NCBI GenBank assembly: GCA_963832325.1
Contig: CAWHTR010000002.1
Location: 7,113-71,112 of the forward strand
Direction of reading: 5' to 3'
Origin: an uncultured Verrucomicrobiae bacterium
Lineage (GTDB): Bacteria > Verrucomicrobiota > Verrucomicrobiia > Chthoniobacterales > JAATET01
DNA: 64,000 nucleotides
In this document: one piece after another, positions 10,648 to 19,670 of the stretch
Numbering within the stretch: the stretch's first letter is position 1
Layout: each line of letters begins with the position of its first letter
Translations under genes and position numbers: made by a program
The notes under the pieces: generated by a model
What the model was told of the DNA's origin: nothing
The model's database searches: none
Seen by the model: only the letters and a program-made list of their open reading frames with translations

Positions 10648-11097
10648 TCAAAGTTCGATTCCAAAAAAATCCCGGAACACGTCCCGGTACACCCCGCGCT
10701 TCATCGGAGCCACCCACTCAAGGTCGAACTCTCCCGCTTCGATCCATCGCACCTCCCGAAACTCCGGCGTCTCGGGGTTTATTAAAATTCCCTGCCCAGC
10801 GCCGATCAACTCCGCCAGGAAATACGTCTGCTCCTGCCCCCCACAACCCTGCTTCGTCCGCCCCCCCCCGAACTCGTAACGATACGGTCCCTTCCGCTCC
10901 ACCACCCGGTAATCCTTCGCCGCCAGAGCGAGCTCTTCCCACACCTCCCGCTTCAACGCCGTCTCCGGCGATTCCCCCGCATCCACCCCTCCTTGTGGGA
11001 ATTGCCATGCCCCCGCCACGTCCAGCCGCTCCCCGATGAGCACCCGCCCATCCGCTCGCCGCAAAATCAACGCCACGTTCGGTCGATATCGAATCAT
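10648..11097 (-). CDS. rppH: RNA pyrophosphohydrolase (Nudix)
   Basis: MIRYRPNVALIL N-terminus and Nudix box GGVDAGESPETALKREVWEELAL. Confidence 0.85.
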   Translation of the reverse strand: MIRYRPNVALILRRADGRVLIGERLDVAGAWQFPQGGVDAGESPETALKREVWEELALAAKDYRVVERKGPYRYEFGGGRTKQGCGGQEQTYFLAELIGAGQGILINPETPEFREVRWIEAGEFDLEWVAPMKRGVYRDVFRDFFGIEL

Positions 11098-11249
11098 CCT
11101 CCCAATATACGCAGATCCCCGCGCCCCGGTCGCCTCCGTTCTGCTCCGCCCCCCCGCCAGATCCGCCCCCCCCGCCGGAAAGTGATGGGGGCCACGTGTT
11201 TGGATGGCCGACGCCGAAAGGTTCCTGTAGATTTCCCGTTCCGCAAAAT

Positions 11250-11747
11250 ATGACCCGCACTCGCCTCCTCCTCGCCATCACCGCCCTTGCCCTCCTCGTC
11301 GGCGGCTATGGCGTGTACCAATTCCAACCCCGTCGACAAATCGAAAAAGCCACCGAGCGACTCCTGAACGCGATCGAAAATCGCGACTGGGACCGGGTCC
11401 GCGACACCCTTGCACCCGATTACGTCGACGTGTGGAAGCTCGACCGATCCTCCATCATCGAACTCGCCTCTCAAGGATTCAGCCAATTTTTCTTCCTCGA
11501 AATCACCCCCTCGAACTGGCGCATCGAGCTCACCGGCGACGACTCACCCCGCGCCACCGTCACGGTCAACCTCACCTTCCAGGGTAACGGCACCGGCCTC
11601 GCGCAGGTCGCTCTCAACCGGCTGCAGGAGCTCAAGGACCCCTTCGTCTTCGACTGGCGCAAGGAAAGCTGGCAACCCTGGTCGTGGCGTTTATATTCCG
11701 CCGGTCAGCCCGAACTCCGCCTGTCCCGCGACCTGCCGTCCCTTTGA
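11250..11747 (+). CDS. Hypothetical membrane-anchored protein
   Basis: ATG 11250 (MTRTRLLLAITALALLVGGYGVY, N-terminal TM) within track ORF 11196..11747. No family recognised. Confidence 0.5.
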   Translation: MTRTRLLLAITALALLVGGYGVYQFQPRRQIEKATERLLNAIENRDWDRVRDTLAPDYVDVWKLDRSSIIELASQGFSQFFFLEITPSNWRIELTGDDSPRATVTVNLTFQGNGTGLAQVALNRLQELKDPFVFDWRKESWQPWSWRLYSAGQPELRLSRDLPSL

Positions 11748-11754
11748 TTTGACC

Positions 11755-12405
11755 ATGATCTGTCGTTTCCTGCTTCCGACCGCCTGCTTCCTCGCGGTCG
11801 TGAGCCAACCCGCCCGCGCTCAGTTTCCGGGCACCCCGACACCGACCCCCTCCCCGACACCCGCCGGCGACGACGACACCCCCGAACCCACGAACTACGA
11901 CACCATCACCTACTGGAAGGCGCAGCTTCCCGGCGGCACCTTCCTGGTCGCCCACGACTCGATCAACGCCATCAGCACCCAGGAATACGTCCTCGACGGA
12001 GCCGCCCGCGTGCTCGAGGTCAACGTCAGCACGTCCGGTGTCTTCCAACCCCGATTTTATTTCATCGAACCAATCAACGTCCCCGGACTCGTCGGCCAGA
12101 CCGCCGAGCGCGCCCTCACCGCCGCCCAGGCCGCCGCCACCCGCGTGATCCCCGGCGACCCCATTTGGGCCAAGGTCATCAAGGAATATCCAACCACCAC
12201 TCACTCCGGCACCATCGAGTATCGGCTCGAAACCAAGGCCCAACTCGAAGCCCTCTACCAAAGCCTCGAATCCTCCTGGATCGCCGGTCGCAGCGAAACA
12301 TTCACTCCCGCCGGCGCGTCGGAATTTGACACGGACAAAGAAGACTCGGACGACGAAAGCGACGAAGACCCGTCCGACACTGCGGACGACACCGCCAACC
12401 CATGA
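11755..12405 (+). CDS. Hypothetical secreted protein with acidic C-terminus
   Basis: ATG 11755 (MICRFLLPTACFLAVVSQPARAQ signal peptide), Pro/Thr linker and a DSDDESDEDPSD tail. Its stop overlaps the purF start by 4 nt. Confidence 0.5.
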   Translation: MICRFLLPTACFLAVVSQPARAQFPGTPTPTPSPTPAGDDDTPEPTNYDTITYWKAQLPGGTFLVAHDSINAISTQEYVLDGAARVLEVNVSTSGVFQPRFYFIEPINVPGLVGQTAERALTAAQAAATRVIPGDPIWAKVIKEYPTTTHSGTIEYRLETKAQLEALYQSLESSWIAGRSETFTPAGASEFDTDKEDSDDESDEDPSDTADDTANP

Positions 12406-13895
12406 GTAGCGACACCCACCTTCACGCCCAGGACCCCGCCGACGGCAAACCCCGTCACGAATGCGGCGTCTTCGCCGTCTTCAATCACCCGAACGCCGCC
12501 ACCCTCAACTACTACGGCCTCTTCGCCCTGCAGCACCGCGGGCAGGAGAGTGCTGGCATTGCCTCGACCACCGGCGGCGGCGCCCCCTTCCTCACCCACA
12601 AGGGCATGGGCCTCGTGTCCGGCGTCTTCGAGAACGACGCCCTCGAGACCATCGCCGGCACCCGCGCCATTGGCCACGTCCGCTACTCGACCACCGGCTC
12701 CAGCAACCTCAAAAATGCCCAGCCTCTCGTCGTGGACACCGCCCGCGGTCAGCTCGCCGTCGCCCACAACGGCAACCTCGTCAACGCCGCCCAGCTCCGG
12801 CTCGAACTCGAGAGCGAGGGCTCGATCTTCCAGACCACCGTCGACAGCGAGATCGTCCTCCACCTCCTCGCCCGCCCGGCCAAAAACGTGAACCCCATCG
12901 CCGCTCTGCGCCGCCTGGAAGGTGCGTTCTCCATGGTCATCATGGGCGAGAACGAGATCATCGGCGTCCGCGACCCGTTCGGCTTCCGCCCCCTCTCCCT
13001 CGGCCTCCTCGACGGCGCCTACGTCCTCTCGTCCGAGACCTGCGCCTTCGACCTCATCCACGCGGAATTCATTCGCGAGATCGAACCCGGCGAAGTTGTC
13101 ATCATCGACGAGAACGGTATCCGCTCCGAGTGGCCCTTCCGCCGCGCCAAGAAGTCGTTCTGCATCTTCGAATACGTCTACTTCGCCCGCCCCGACAGCA
13201 CCATCGACGACATGAACGTCAAAGAAGTCCGCGTGCAAATGGGCCGCGAACTCGCCCGCCTCCACCCCGTCGACGCGGACATCGTCGTTCCCGTTCCCGA
13301 CTCCGGCATCTACGCCGCCCTCGGTTTCGCCAACGAACTCAACATCCCCTTCGACCTCGCGTTCGTCCGCAATCACTACATCGGCCGTACGTTCATCCAG
13401 CCCAGCCAGCTCATCCGGGATTTCAACGTCCGGGTGAAATTGAACCTCATCGGCGAAGCCGTTCGGGGCAAACGCGTCATCGTGGTCGACGACTCCGTCG
13501 TCCGCGGCACCACCGCTCGCGCCCGCGTCGTCAATCTCCGCGAGGCCGGTGCGAAGGAGGTCCACCTCCGCGTCTCCTGCCCACCTCACAAACACGCCTG
13601 CTACTACGGCATCGATTTTCCGGACCCCGAGAAGCTCATCGCTAACCAGATGACGACCGACGAAATCCGCGACTACCTCGGTGCAGACAGCATCGGTTAT
13701 CTCGACGTCGACAGCATGGTCCGCGCCACCGGTCTCCCGAAATCCAATTTTTGCATCGCCTGCTTCAACGGCGAATACCCGCTTCCCTACGACGAATCCT
13801 TCGACAAGCTTTTCATGGAAAAGCGCCGCAACCACGCCCGCCTCCTCGATCCCGAGGAAGCCCAGGCTCCGCTCTTCGCCGACCGGCTCGGCTGA
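12402..13895 (+). CDS. purF: Amidophosphoribosyltransferase
   Basis: N-terminal nucleophile region ECGVFAVFNH, YGLFALQHRGQESAGIA, and PRPP loop VVDDSVVRGTT. Confidence 0.95.
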   Translation: MSSDTHLHAQDPADGKPRHECGVFAVFNHPNAATLNYYGLFALQHRGQESAGIASTTGGGAPFLTHKGMGLVSGVFENDALETIAGTRAIGHVRYSTTGSSNLKNAQPLVVDTARGQLAVAHNGNLVNAAQLRLELESEGSIFQTTVDSEIVLHLLARPAKNVNPIAALRRLEGAFSMVIMGENEIIGVRDPFGFRPLSLGLLDGAYVLSSETCAFDLIHAEFIREIEPGEVVIIDENGIRSEWPFRRAKKSFCIFEYVYFARPDSTIDDMNVKEVRVQMGRELARLHPVDADIVVPVPDSGIYAALGFANELNIPFDLAFVRNHYIGRTFIQPSQLIRDFNVRVKLNLIGEAVRGKRVIVVDDSVVRGTTARARVVNLREAGAKEVHLRVSCPPHKHACYYGIDFPDPEKLIANQMTTDEIRDYLGADSIGYLDVDSMVRATGLPKSNFCIACFNGEYPLPYDESFDKLFMEKRRNHARLLDPEEAQAPLFADRLG

Positions 13896-13900
13896 TCCTC

Positions 13901-14929
13901 ATGGCTAAAAAATCTCAAAAAGCCTACGCCACCGCCGGCGTCGACGTCGACCTCGGCAACCAAGTCAAACGCGGCATCCAGCGCCAGGTTCGCTCCACCC
14001 ACGGCCCGGAAGTCCTCGGCAAAATCGGCGGCTTCGGCGGTCTCTTCCAGCCCGACCTCACCGGAATGGCCGAACCCGTCCTCGTCTCCAGCGTCGATGG
14101 CGTGGGCACCAAGCTGAAGATCGCCTTCCTCACCGGCCGCCACGACACCATCGGGCAGGATCTCGTCAATCACTGCATCAATGACATCGCCGTCATCGGC
14201 GCCAAACCGCTGTTCTTTCTCGACTACCTCGCGAGCGCCAGCCTCGACCCCAACATTTTTTCCGAAATCCTCAGGGGCTTCGCGAGAGCCTGCCGCGATG
14301 GCGGCTGCGCCCTCATCGGCGGCGAAACGGCCCAGATGCCCGGCATGTATCAACCCGGCGAATACGATGTCGCTGGCACGGTCGTCGGCATCGTCGATCG
14401 ATCAAAGATGCTCGACGGCTCAAAGGTCGCCCCGGGCGACGTCCTCCTCGGCCTCCCGTCCAACGGACTTCACACGAACGGCTATTCCCTCGCTCGCGAC
14501 GTCCTCTTCCGCCAGCTGAAGCTGAAGCCCGAATCAATGGTCGACGGCATCTCCGGCACCCTCGCCAGTGAACTCCTGAAAGTTCACAAAAATTACCAGC
14601 CCCTCATGGCCAGCCTCCCCGCAGGAGCGCTCAAAGCAGCCGCCCACATCACCGGCGGCGGTCTCGTCGATAACCTCCCCCGCGTGCTTCCGAAGAAGTG
14701 CAACGCCGTCATCGACACGACCAGTTGGAAGACCCCTCCCATCTTCACCCTCATCGGCGAGGGTGGCAAAGTTCCCGCCGACGAGATGCACCAAGTTTTC
14801 AACATGGGGATCGGCATGGTTCTCATCGTCAGTCCGGAGGACGCCCCCGCCATCGCTAAACGGACCCGCTCGAAATCCATCGGCGAGATCACCAAAGGCA
14901 CGGGCAAGGTCCGTCTGACGGGCATTTGA
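13901..14929 (+). CDS. purM: Phosphoribosylformylglycinamidine cyclo-ligase (AIR synthase)
   Basis: ATG 13901. YATAGVDVDLGN, GGFGGLF and SVDGVGTKLK motifs. Confidence 0.95.
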   Translation: MAKKSQKAYATAGVDVDLGNQVKRGIQRQVRSTHGPEVLGKIGGFGGLFQPDLTGMAEPVLVSSVDGVGTKLKIAFLTGRHDTIGQDLVNHCINDIAVIGAKPLFFLDYLASASLDPNIFSEILRGFARACRDGGCALIGGETAQMPGMYQPGEYDVAGTVVGIVDRSKMLDGSKVAPGDVLLGLPSNGLHTNGYSLARDVLFRQLKLKPESMVDGISGTLASELLKVHKNYQPLMASLPAGALKAAAHITGGGLVDNLPRVLPKKCNAVIDTTSWKTPPIFTLIGEGGKVPADEMHQVFNMGIGMVLIVSPEDAPAIAKRTRSKSIGEITKGTGKVRLTGI

Positions 14930-14938
14930 TTCAACGCT

Positions 14939-14961
14939 GCGGAGGCGAATCACGCCTCCGC
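14939..14961. terminator. Stem-loop between convergent purM and csbD-like genes
   Basis: GCGGAGGCG-AATCA-CGCCTCCGC, a 9-bp perfect stem. No U-run. Confidence 0.4.
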
Positions 14962-14970
14962 CCGCTGATC

Positions 14971-14992
14971 GCTGGGGCTTTTGAACCCCAGC
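14971..14992. terminator. Second stem-loop between convergent genes
   Basis: GCTGGGG-CTTTTGAA-CCCCAGC, a 7-bp stem. Confidence 0.35.
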
Positions 14993-15003
14993 CTGTCGCC
15001 GAT

Positions 15004-15183
15004 CTATTGATCGAAGACTTTCTTCACGTCGCCGGTCTTCTTCTGCACCGAGCCTTCCGCCTTGTCGGCGCGGCCCTCGGCTTCCAGACGCTCGTTGTCC
15101 GTCGCTTGACCGACGGCTTTCTTCACGGATCCCTCGGCTTTCTTGAGAGTTCCTTCACCTTTGTCTTGTTCACTCGATTTCAT
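15004..15183 (-). CDS. CsbD-family stress protein
   Basis: 59-aa MKSSEQDKGEGTLKKAEGSVKKAVGQATDNERLEAEGRADKAEGSVQKKTGDVKKVF (ATG at 15183). The rest of track ORF 15004..15351 is upstream read-through. Confidence 0.75.
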   Translation of the reverse strand: MKSSEQDKGEGTLKKAEGSVKKAVGQATDNERLEAEGRADKAEGSVQKKTGDVKKVFDQ

Positions 15184-15353
15184 ACAGAGAAGAGATCGCC
15201 CGTCGTCCGCCTTCAGGCCGTAAGAAAATCTCCTCACTCCCCGCGCCGCCGCACCCCGCCCGTCCCACCGTTTGGCGTGTCGGCCACGGCCATCCACCGC
15301 AACTCCCCCCTCGACATCCCCCTCCGCCCGGCCGATACCTTTCCGTTCCATTT

Positions 15354-16589
15354 ATGTCATTCGAAAACTTAGGACTTCCCGAGCAAGTCCTCCACGGCGT
15401 CCAGCGACTCGGCTACGTCGATCCCAGTCCGATTCAAGCCCAAGGCATCCCGGTCGCCCTCGAAGGTCGCGATCTGATTGCTTCCGCCCAGACCGGCACC
15501 GGCAAGACCGCCGCTTTCGGCCTCCCCATTCTCAGCAAACTCGGGGACCCCAAGGGCTATCCCCGCTGCCTCATCCTCGAACCCACCCGCGAACTCGCCC
15601 TCCAGGTCGACGACGCCTTCCGGGATTTCGCCTTCTTTACCCACCTCGAAGTCACCGTCCTCTACGGCGGCGTCGGCTACGGCAAGCAGCGCGAAGATCT
15701 CCAACGCGGCTGCGACATCCTCTGCGCCACCCCGGGCCGCCTCCTCGACCTGATGAACCAGGGCGACGTGGACCTCAGCCGCATCGAACACCTCGTCCTC
15801 GACGAAGTCGATCGCATGCTCGACATGGGCTTCCTGCCGGACGTCCGCCGCATCATCGAGAAGTGCCCGAAGGAACGCCAGACGCTCCTCTTCTCCGCCA
15901 CGATTCCGCCGGAGATCGAAGGCCTTTCGCAGTGGTGCCTCCGCGATCCGGAAAAAATCTCCATCGGCGCCCGCCGCTCCCCCGCCGAGACCGTTTCGCA
16001 CGCCATCTATCCCGTCGCCGCCGACCAGAAGTTCGACCTCCTCCTCGCGATCCTGGAAGAAACGAACTACGACAGTGTCCTCATCTTTTCACGCACAAAG
16101 GACGGAGCCGATCGCATCGCCCGCCGCCTCGTCGACGAGAAACACACCGTCGCCGTCCTCCACTCAAATCGCTCCCAGGGCGAACGCGTCGACGCCCTCG
16201 ACGGATTCAAATCCGGTAAATACGAGGTCATGGTGGCCACCGACATCGCCGCCCGCGGCATCGACATCTCGACCATCACCCACGTCATCAATTACGACGT
16301 CCCCCAGCACCCGGAAGACTACGTTCACCGCATCGGCCGGACCGGACGCGCCTCGGCCGAGGGCGACGCTTTCACGATCATGACCGCCGAAGAGCTCCCG
16401 CACGTGCAGGACATCGAGCGATTCATCGACCAGAAGGTCGAGCGCAAGAAACTCGCCAGCTTCACCTACAAATACTCCGCCGTCTTCGACGAAGCCCGCG
16501 TCACCCAAGTCCTCAAAGGAGCCAAAGGCGTTCGCACTCACAAAGGGATCAAGTTCGGCGGCAGCGGCGGCCGCAAACGCGGCCGGTAA
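15354..16589 (+). CDS. rhlE: DEAD-box ATP-dependent RNA helicase (RhlE-like)
   Basis: AQTGTGKTAAF, VLDEVDRMLDMGF, SAT and HRIGRTGRA motifs, with a short basic tail. Confidence 0.88.
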   Translation: MSFENLGLPEQVLHGVQRLGYVDPSPIQAQGIPVALEGRDLIASAQTGTGKTAAFGLPILSKLGDPKGYPRCLILEPTRELALQVDDAFRDFAFFTHLEVTVLYGGVGYGKQREDLQRGCDILCATPGRLLDLMNQGDVDLSRIEHLVLDEVDRMLDMGFLPDVRRIIEKCPKERQTLLFSATIPPEIEGLSQWCLRDPEKISIGARRSPAETVSHAIYPVAADQKFDLLLAILEETNYDSVLIFSRTKDGADRIARRLVDEKHTVAVLHSNRSQGERVDALDGFKSGKYEVMVATDIAARGIDISTITHVINYDVPQHPEDYVHRIGRTGRASAEGDAFTIMTAEELPHVQDIERFIDQKVERKKLASFTYKYSAVFDEARVTQVLKGAKGVRTHKGIKFGGSGGRKRGR

Positions 16590-16637
16590 ACACCCGACGC
16601 CGCTTGCAATCCACGGCGCGGATGCAATAGTCCCGCC

Positions 16638-17363
16638 ATGATCGCTCGCATCCTCATGATCGTCAGCTTCACGCTGACCGTTGCCACCCTGCAAGCCGCT
16701 TCCGAGTCCCGCACCTGGACCAGTAAGGACGGCACCGCCACCATCGAGGCAAAGTTCCACAAGCTCGAAGGTAGCCGCGTGACCCTCATTCTCCCCAACG
16801 GTCGCTCTCAATACGTTGAAACCACTTTTTTGAGCGACGCCGACCTCGAGTGGATCGATGCCGAGAGCCAAGCGCCGACCGCCGCCACCGGCGCTCCTGC
16901 CACCGCAGCGATCCCCGCCGCTCTCGAGGGCAAGCTTCTCGACGACCGCGGTAATTCCGCCTCGGTTCTCAATCCCGACGGCACCGCGCCGAAGCACTAC
17001 CTGTTTTACTACTCCGCATCCTGGTGCGGCCCGTGCGTGGCCTTCACCCCCGATCTGGTTCGTTTCTACCGCAAAATGAAAGCACGCGACGCGTCCTTCG
17101 AGATCGTCCTCGTCCCCAGCGACAAATCCCGGGACGACGAGATCGCTTACCTCAAGGATCACCGCATGCCCTGGCCCGGCATCGACTTCGACAAAAAAGC
17201 CCCCGGCGTTCCCGCCAGTAATTACGGCTTCATTCCCTCAATGGTCCTCGTGGATGCCGACGGCAAACGCCTCCTCGAAGTGAGCAAATCTCTCGGTCGG
17301 GACGAGTTTCTCGATCAAGCCGGAGACATCCTTTCCGCGAAGGACGACCTCGCTTCGAATTAA
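16638..17363 (+). CDS. SHD1-domain / thioredoxin-like (nucleoredoxin-type) fusion protein
   Basis: Signal peptide. RTWTSKDGTATIEAKFHKLEGSRVTL is SHD1-like, and YYSASWCGPCVAFTP is the thioredoxin CxxC motif. Confidence 0.75.
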   Translation: MIARILMIVSFTLTVATLQAASESRTWTSKDGTATIEAKFHKLEGSRVTLILPNGRSQYVETTFLSDADLEWIDAESQAPTAATGAPATAAIPAALEGKLLDDRGNSASVLNPDGTAPKHYLFYYSASWCGPCVAFTPDLVRFYRKMKARDASFEIVLVPSDKSRDDEIAYLKDHRMPWPGIDFDKKAPGVPASNYGFIPSMVLVDADGKRLLEVSKSLGRDEFLDQAGDILSAKDDLASN

Positions 17364-17378
17364 CTCCGGTTTTCAGAA

Positions 17379-17795
17379 ATGATTGAAATCTCCCTCCGCT
17401 ACACCGGCGACCTCCACTGCGAAGCCGTTCACGGACCGTCCGGAGCCACCGTCGAGACCGATGCACCGACCGACAATCACGGCCTCGGCGAAGCGTTCTC
17501 GCCCACCGATCTCTGCGCCACCTCCCTCGGATCGTGCATGATGACCATCCTGGCCATTGTCGCCGGGCAGCACGACCTCGACGTCAAGGGAACGACCCTC
17601 CGCGTCCGCAAGCACATGACCTCCGCCCCCCCGCGCCGGATCGCCCGGATCGAAGTCGACTTCGATCTTCCAATCGACCCGACGGCCGATCAGCGCACCG
17701 CGTTGGAGGAAGCCGCGCGGACCTGCCCGGTCGCCCTCAGCCTCCATCCCGACATCGAGAAACTCACCACCTTCACCTGGCGTCAGCCAAGCTAG
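17379..17795 (+). CDS. OsmC-family protein
   Basis: 138 aa with two conserved Cys contexts (LGSCMMT and ARTCPV) typical of OsmC/Ohr. Confidence 0.8.
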   Translation: MIEISLRYTGDLHCEAVHGPSGATVETDAPTDNHGLGEAFSPTDLCATSLGSCMMTILAIVAGQHDLDVKGTTLRVRKHMTSAPPRRIARIEVDFDLPIDPTADQRTALEEAARTCPVALSLHPDIEKLTTFTWRQPS

Positions 17796-17832
17796 GAAGC
17801 GAAGCGGGAGGGGTGCTCAGCGGCGGCTGACT

Positions 17833-17852
17833 CCGGTGCCTGCCGGCACCGG
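17833..17852. terminator. Stem-loop between the convergent OsmC-like and RNase genes
   Basis: CCGGTGCC-TGCC-GGCACCGG, an 8-bp stem. No U-run. Confidence 0.3.
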
Positions 17853-17876
17853 CCGTCCGCCCCGCCAAACCGCCCG

Positions 17877-19616
17877 CTACTTCATCGTCTCGCCCGTCAC
17901 GCCGTTCGTGATCACGAAATGCTCGTGGTGGAACGTCGGATCCGACCGGAACGATAGACGACCGGCGTAGCGACGCTCGATGTCGATGAGCAGTTCCTCG
18001 TCTTCCTCGCGCAGTCGCTGCAGCAGCATCGGATGAACGATCACCTTGATCTCGTGCACGTCGTCGACGTGCCGCTTCATCACCGTGTGCAGCGCACGCT
18101 GCATCTCGACACTCATCGTCATCGGACTCTTGATCATGCCGCGGCCATTGCAATGCGTGCAGGTCATGTATTGCGAACTCGCCAGACTCTCCTGCGCCCG
18201 TTGGCGGGTCATCTCCATCAGTCCAAGCTGCGAGATCGGGAGGACGTGCGTCCGGGCCTTGTCGCGTTTCAAATGATCCCGCACGCGCTGATACACCGCG
18301 TTCTGGTCCTTGCGTGACTTCATGTCGATGAAATCACCCACGATCAACCCGCCGATGTTCCGCAACCGGAGCTGACGCGCGATCTCGTCCGCCGCCTCCA
18401 GATTGGTCGTAAGGAGGTTCTTGTCCATGTCCTTCGCGCCCTTGTTGCGGCCCGTATTCACGTCGATCGCGATCATCGCCTCCGTCTCGTCGATCACGAT
18501 GTACCCTCCGCACGGCAGCCAAACCTGCCGCTGAAACGCCGAGTCGATCTGTGATTGAACCCCGAAGAAATCGAAGATCGGCTGCGCCCCACCGTAGTGA
18601 TGCACCCGCTTCTTCGCGCGCTTCGAGATCTGCTCGATCAGCAGCTCCATCCGCTCGAACGCCACCAGATCGTCGACCAGCACTTCGTCCACTTCGTCGG
18701 TCAAAAAGTCACGCACCGTCCGGTCGATAAGATCCGGCTCCCGGAACAGCTCAGCGGGGGCCGGTTTCTCCTTCATCCCCGTCTCAATCGCCTCCCACTG
18801 CTCGAGCAGCAGACTCAGATCGCGAACGAAATGCCGAGCGCGCTGACCCTGACCAGCCGTCCGCATGATCACGCCCATTCCGTCCGGCAGATCGAGTTCA
18901 CGCAGGATCTGACGCAGGCGGTCGCGCTCTTTCGGATCGTCGATTTTACGGGAGATTCCGCACTCCGCGCTGAACGGCATGAGGACGAGGTAGCGCCCAG
19001 GCATGCTGATGTTTGTCGTGATGCGCGGCCCCTTGTTGCTGATCGGCCCCTTGCTCACCTGCACCATCACCTCGGCACCGACGGGATAAATGTCCGGGAT
19101 GTCCTTGGCGGTGATCTTCGCCTGGCCACCACTGCCGCCACCCTTGCCGGCACCGCGACCGCCGCCACTCGGCTTGCCTTTGCCGCTGCGGCCACGCCTC
19201 CGTCCACCGCCGGCCGGTTTCACGCCTTCGCCATCCTCGCTCTCGCTTTCCTCCGGCTCCGCGGGAGCGGCGGCTTTCTTCGAAGCTTTCGCGCTCTTCG
19301 ACGATCCTTCGCGCGAAACCGACTCGACTCCGCTGTCGAGCGCCGCCGGGATCGCGTCCCAGAAGTGCAGGAACGCGTTCTTCTCGAATCCAATGTCCAC
19401 GAACATGGCTTTGAGGCCGTGCTCGATGTTGCGGACTTTGCCCTTGTAGATGCCACCGACGATGTTCCGGTCGGTCTCGCGTTCGATCGTGTACTCTTCG
19501 AGCCGGTTGTTTTCGAGGAGAGCAACTCGTTTCTCGAGCTTCTCGCAACTGACGATGAGTTTGGTTCCGGTGGGTTTACGGCCGAGGCCGAGCATGCGTT
19601 TGACAGTATCGATCAT
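17877..19616 (-). CDS. Ribonuclease E/G family protein with a low-complexity insertion in the S1 region
   Basis: S1 motif GGIYKGKVRNIEHGLKAMFVDIG, the catalytic core IAIDVNTGR, and CxxC (CTHCNGRG). See the finding on the K/G/R/E-rich insert. Confidence 0.9.
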   Translation of the reverse strand: MIDTVKRMLGLGRKPTGTKLIVSCEKLEKRVALLENNRLEEYTIERETDRNIVGGIYKGKVRNIEHGLKAMFVDIGFEKNAFLHFWDAIPAALDSGVESVSREGSSKSAKASKKAAAPAEPEESESEDGEGVKPAGGGRRRGRSGKGKPSGGGRGAGKGGGSGGQAKITAKDIPDIYPVGAEVMVQVSKGPISNKGPRITTNISMPGRYLVLMPFSAECGISRKIDDPKERDRLRQILRELDLPDGMGVIMRTAGQGQRARHFVRDLSLLLEQWEAIETGMKEKPAPAELFREPDLIDRTVRDFLTDEVDEVLVDDLVAFERMELLIEQISKRAKKRVHHYGGAQPIFDFFGVQSQIDSAFQRQVWLPCGGYIVIDETEAMIAIDVNTGRNKGAKDMDKNLLTTNLEAADEIARQLRLRNIGGLIVGDFIDMKSRKDQNAVYQRVRDHLKRDKARTHVLPISQLGLMEMTRQRAQESLASSQYMTCTHCNGRGMIKSPMTMSVEMQRALHTVMKRHVDDVHEIKVIVHPMLLQRLREEDEELLIDIERRYAGRLSFRSDPTFHHEHFVITNGVTGETMK

Positions 19617-19670
19617 CTAAATGGGTTCCGGCCCTCAGTGGGTCGGTAAAAGTTGAGTTGGTGGGAATCT

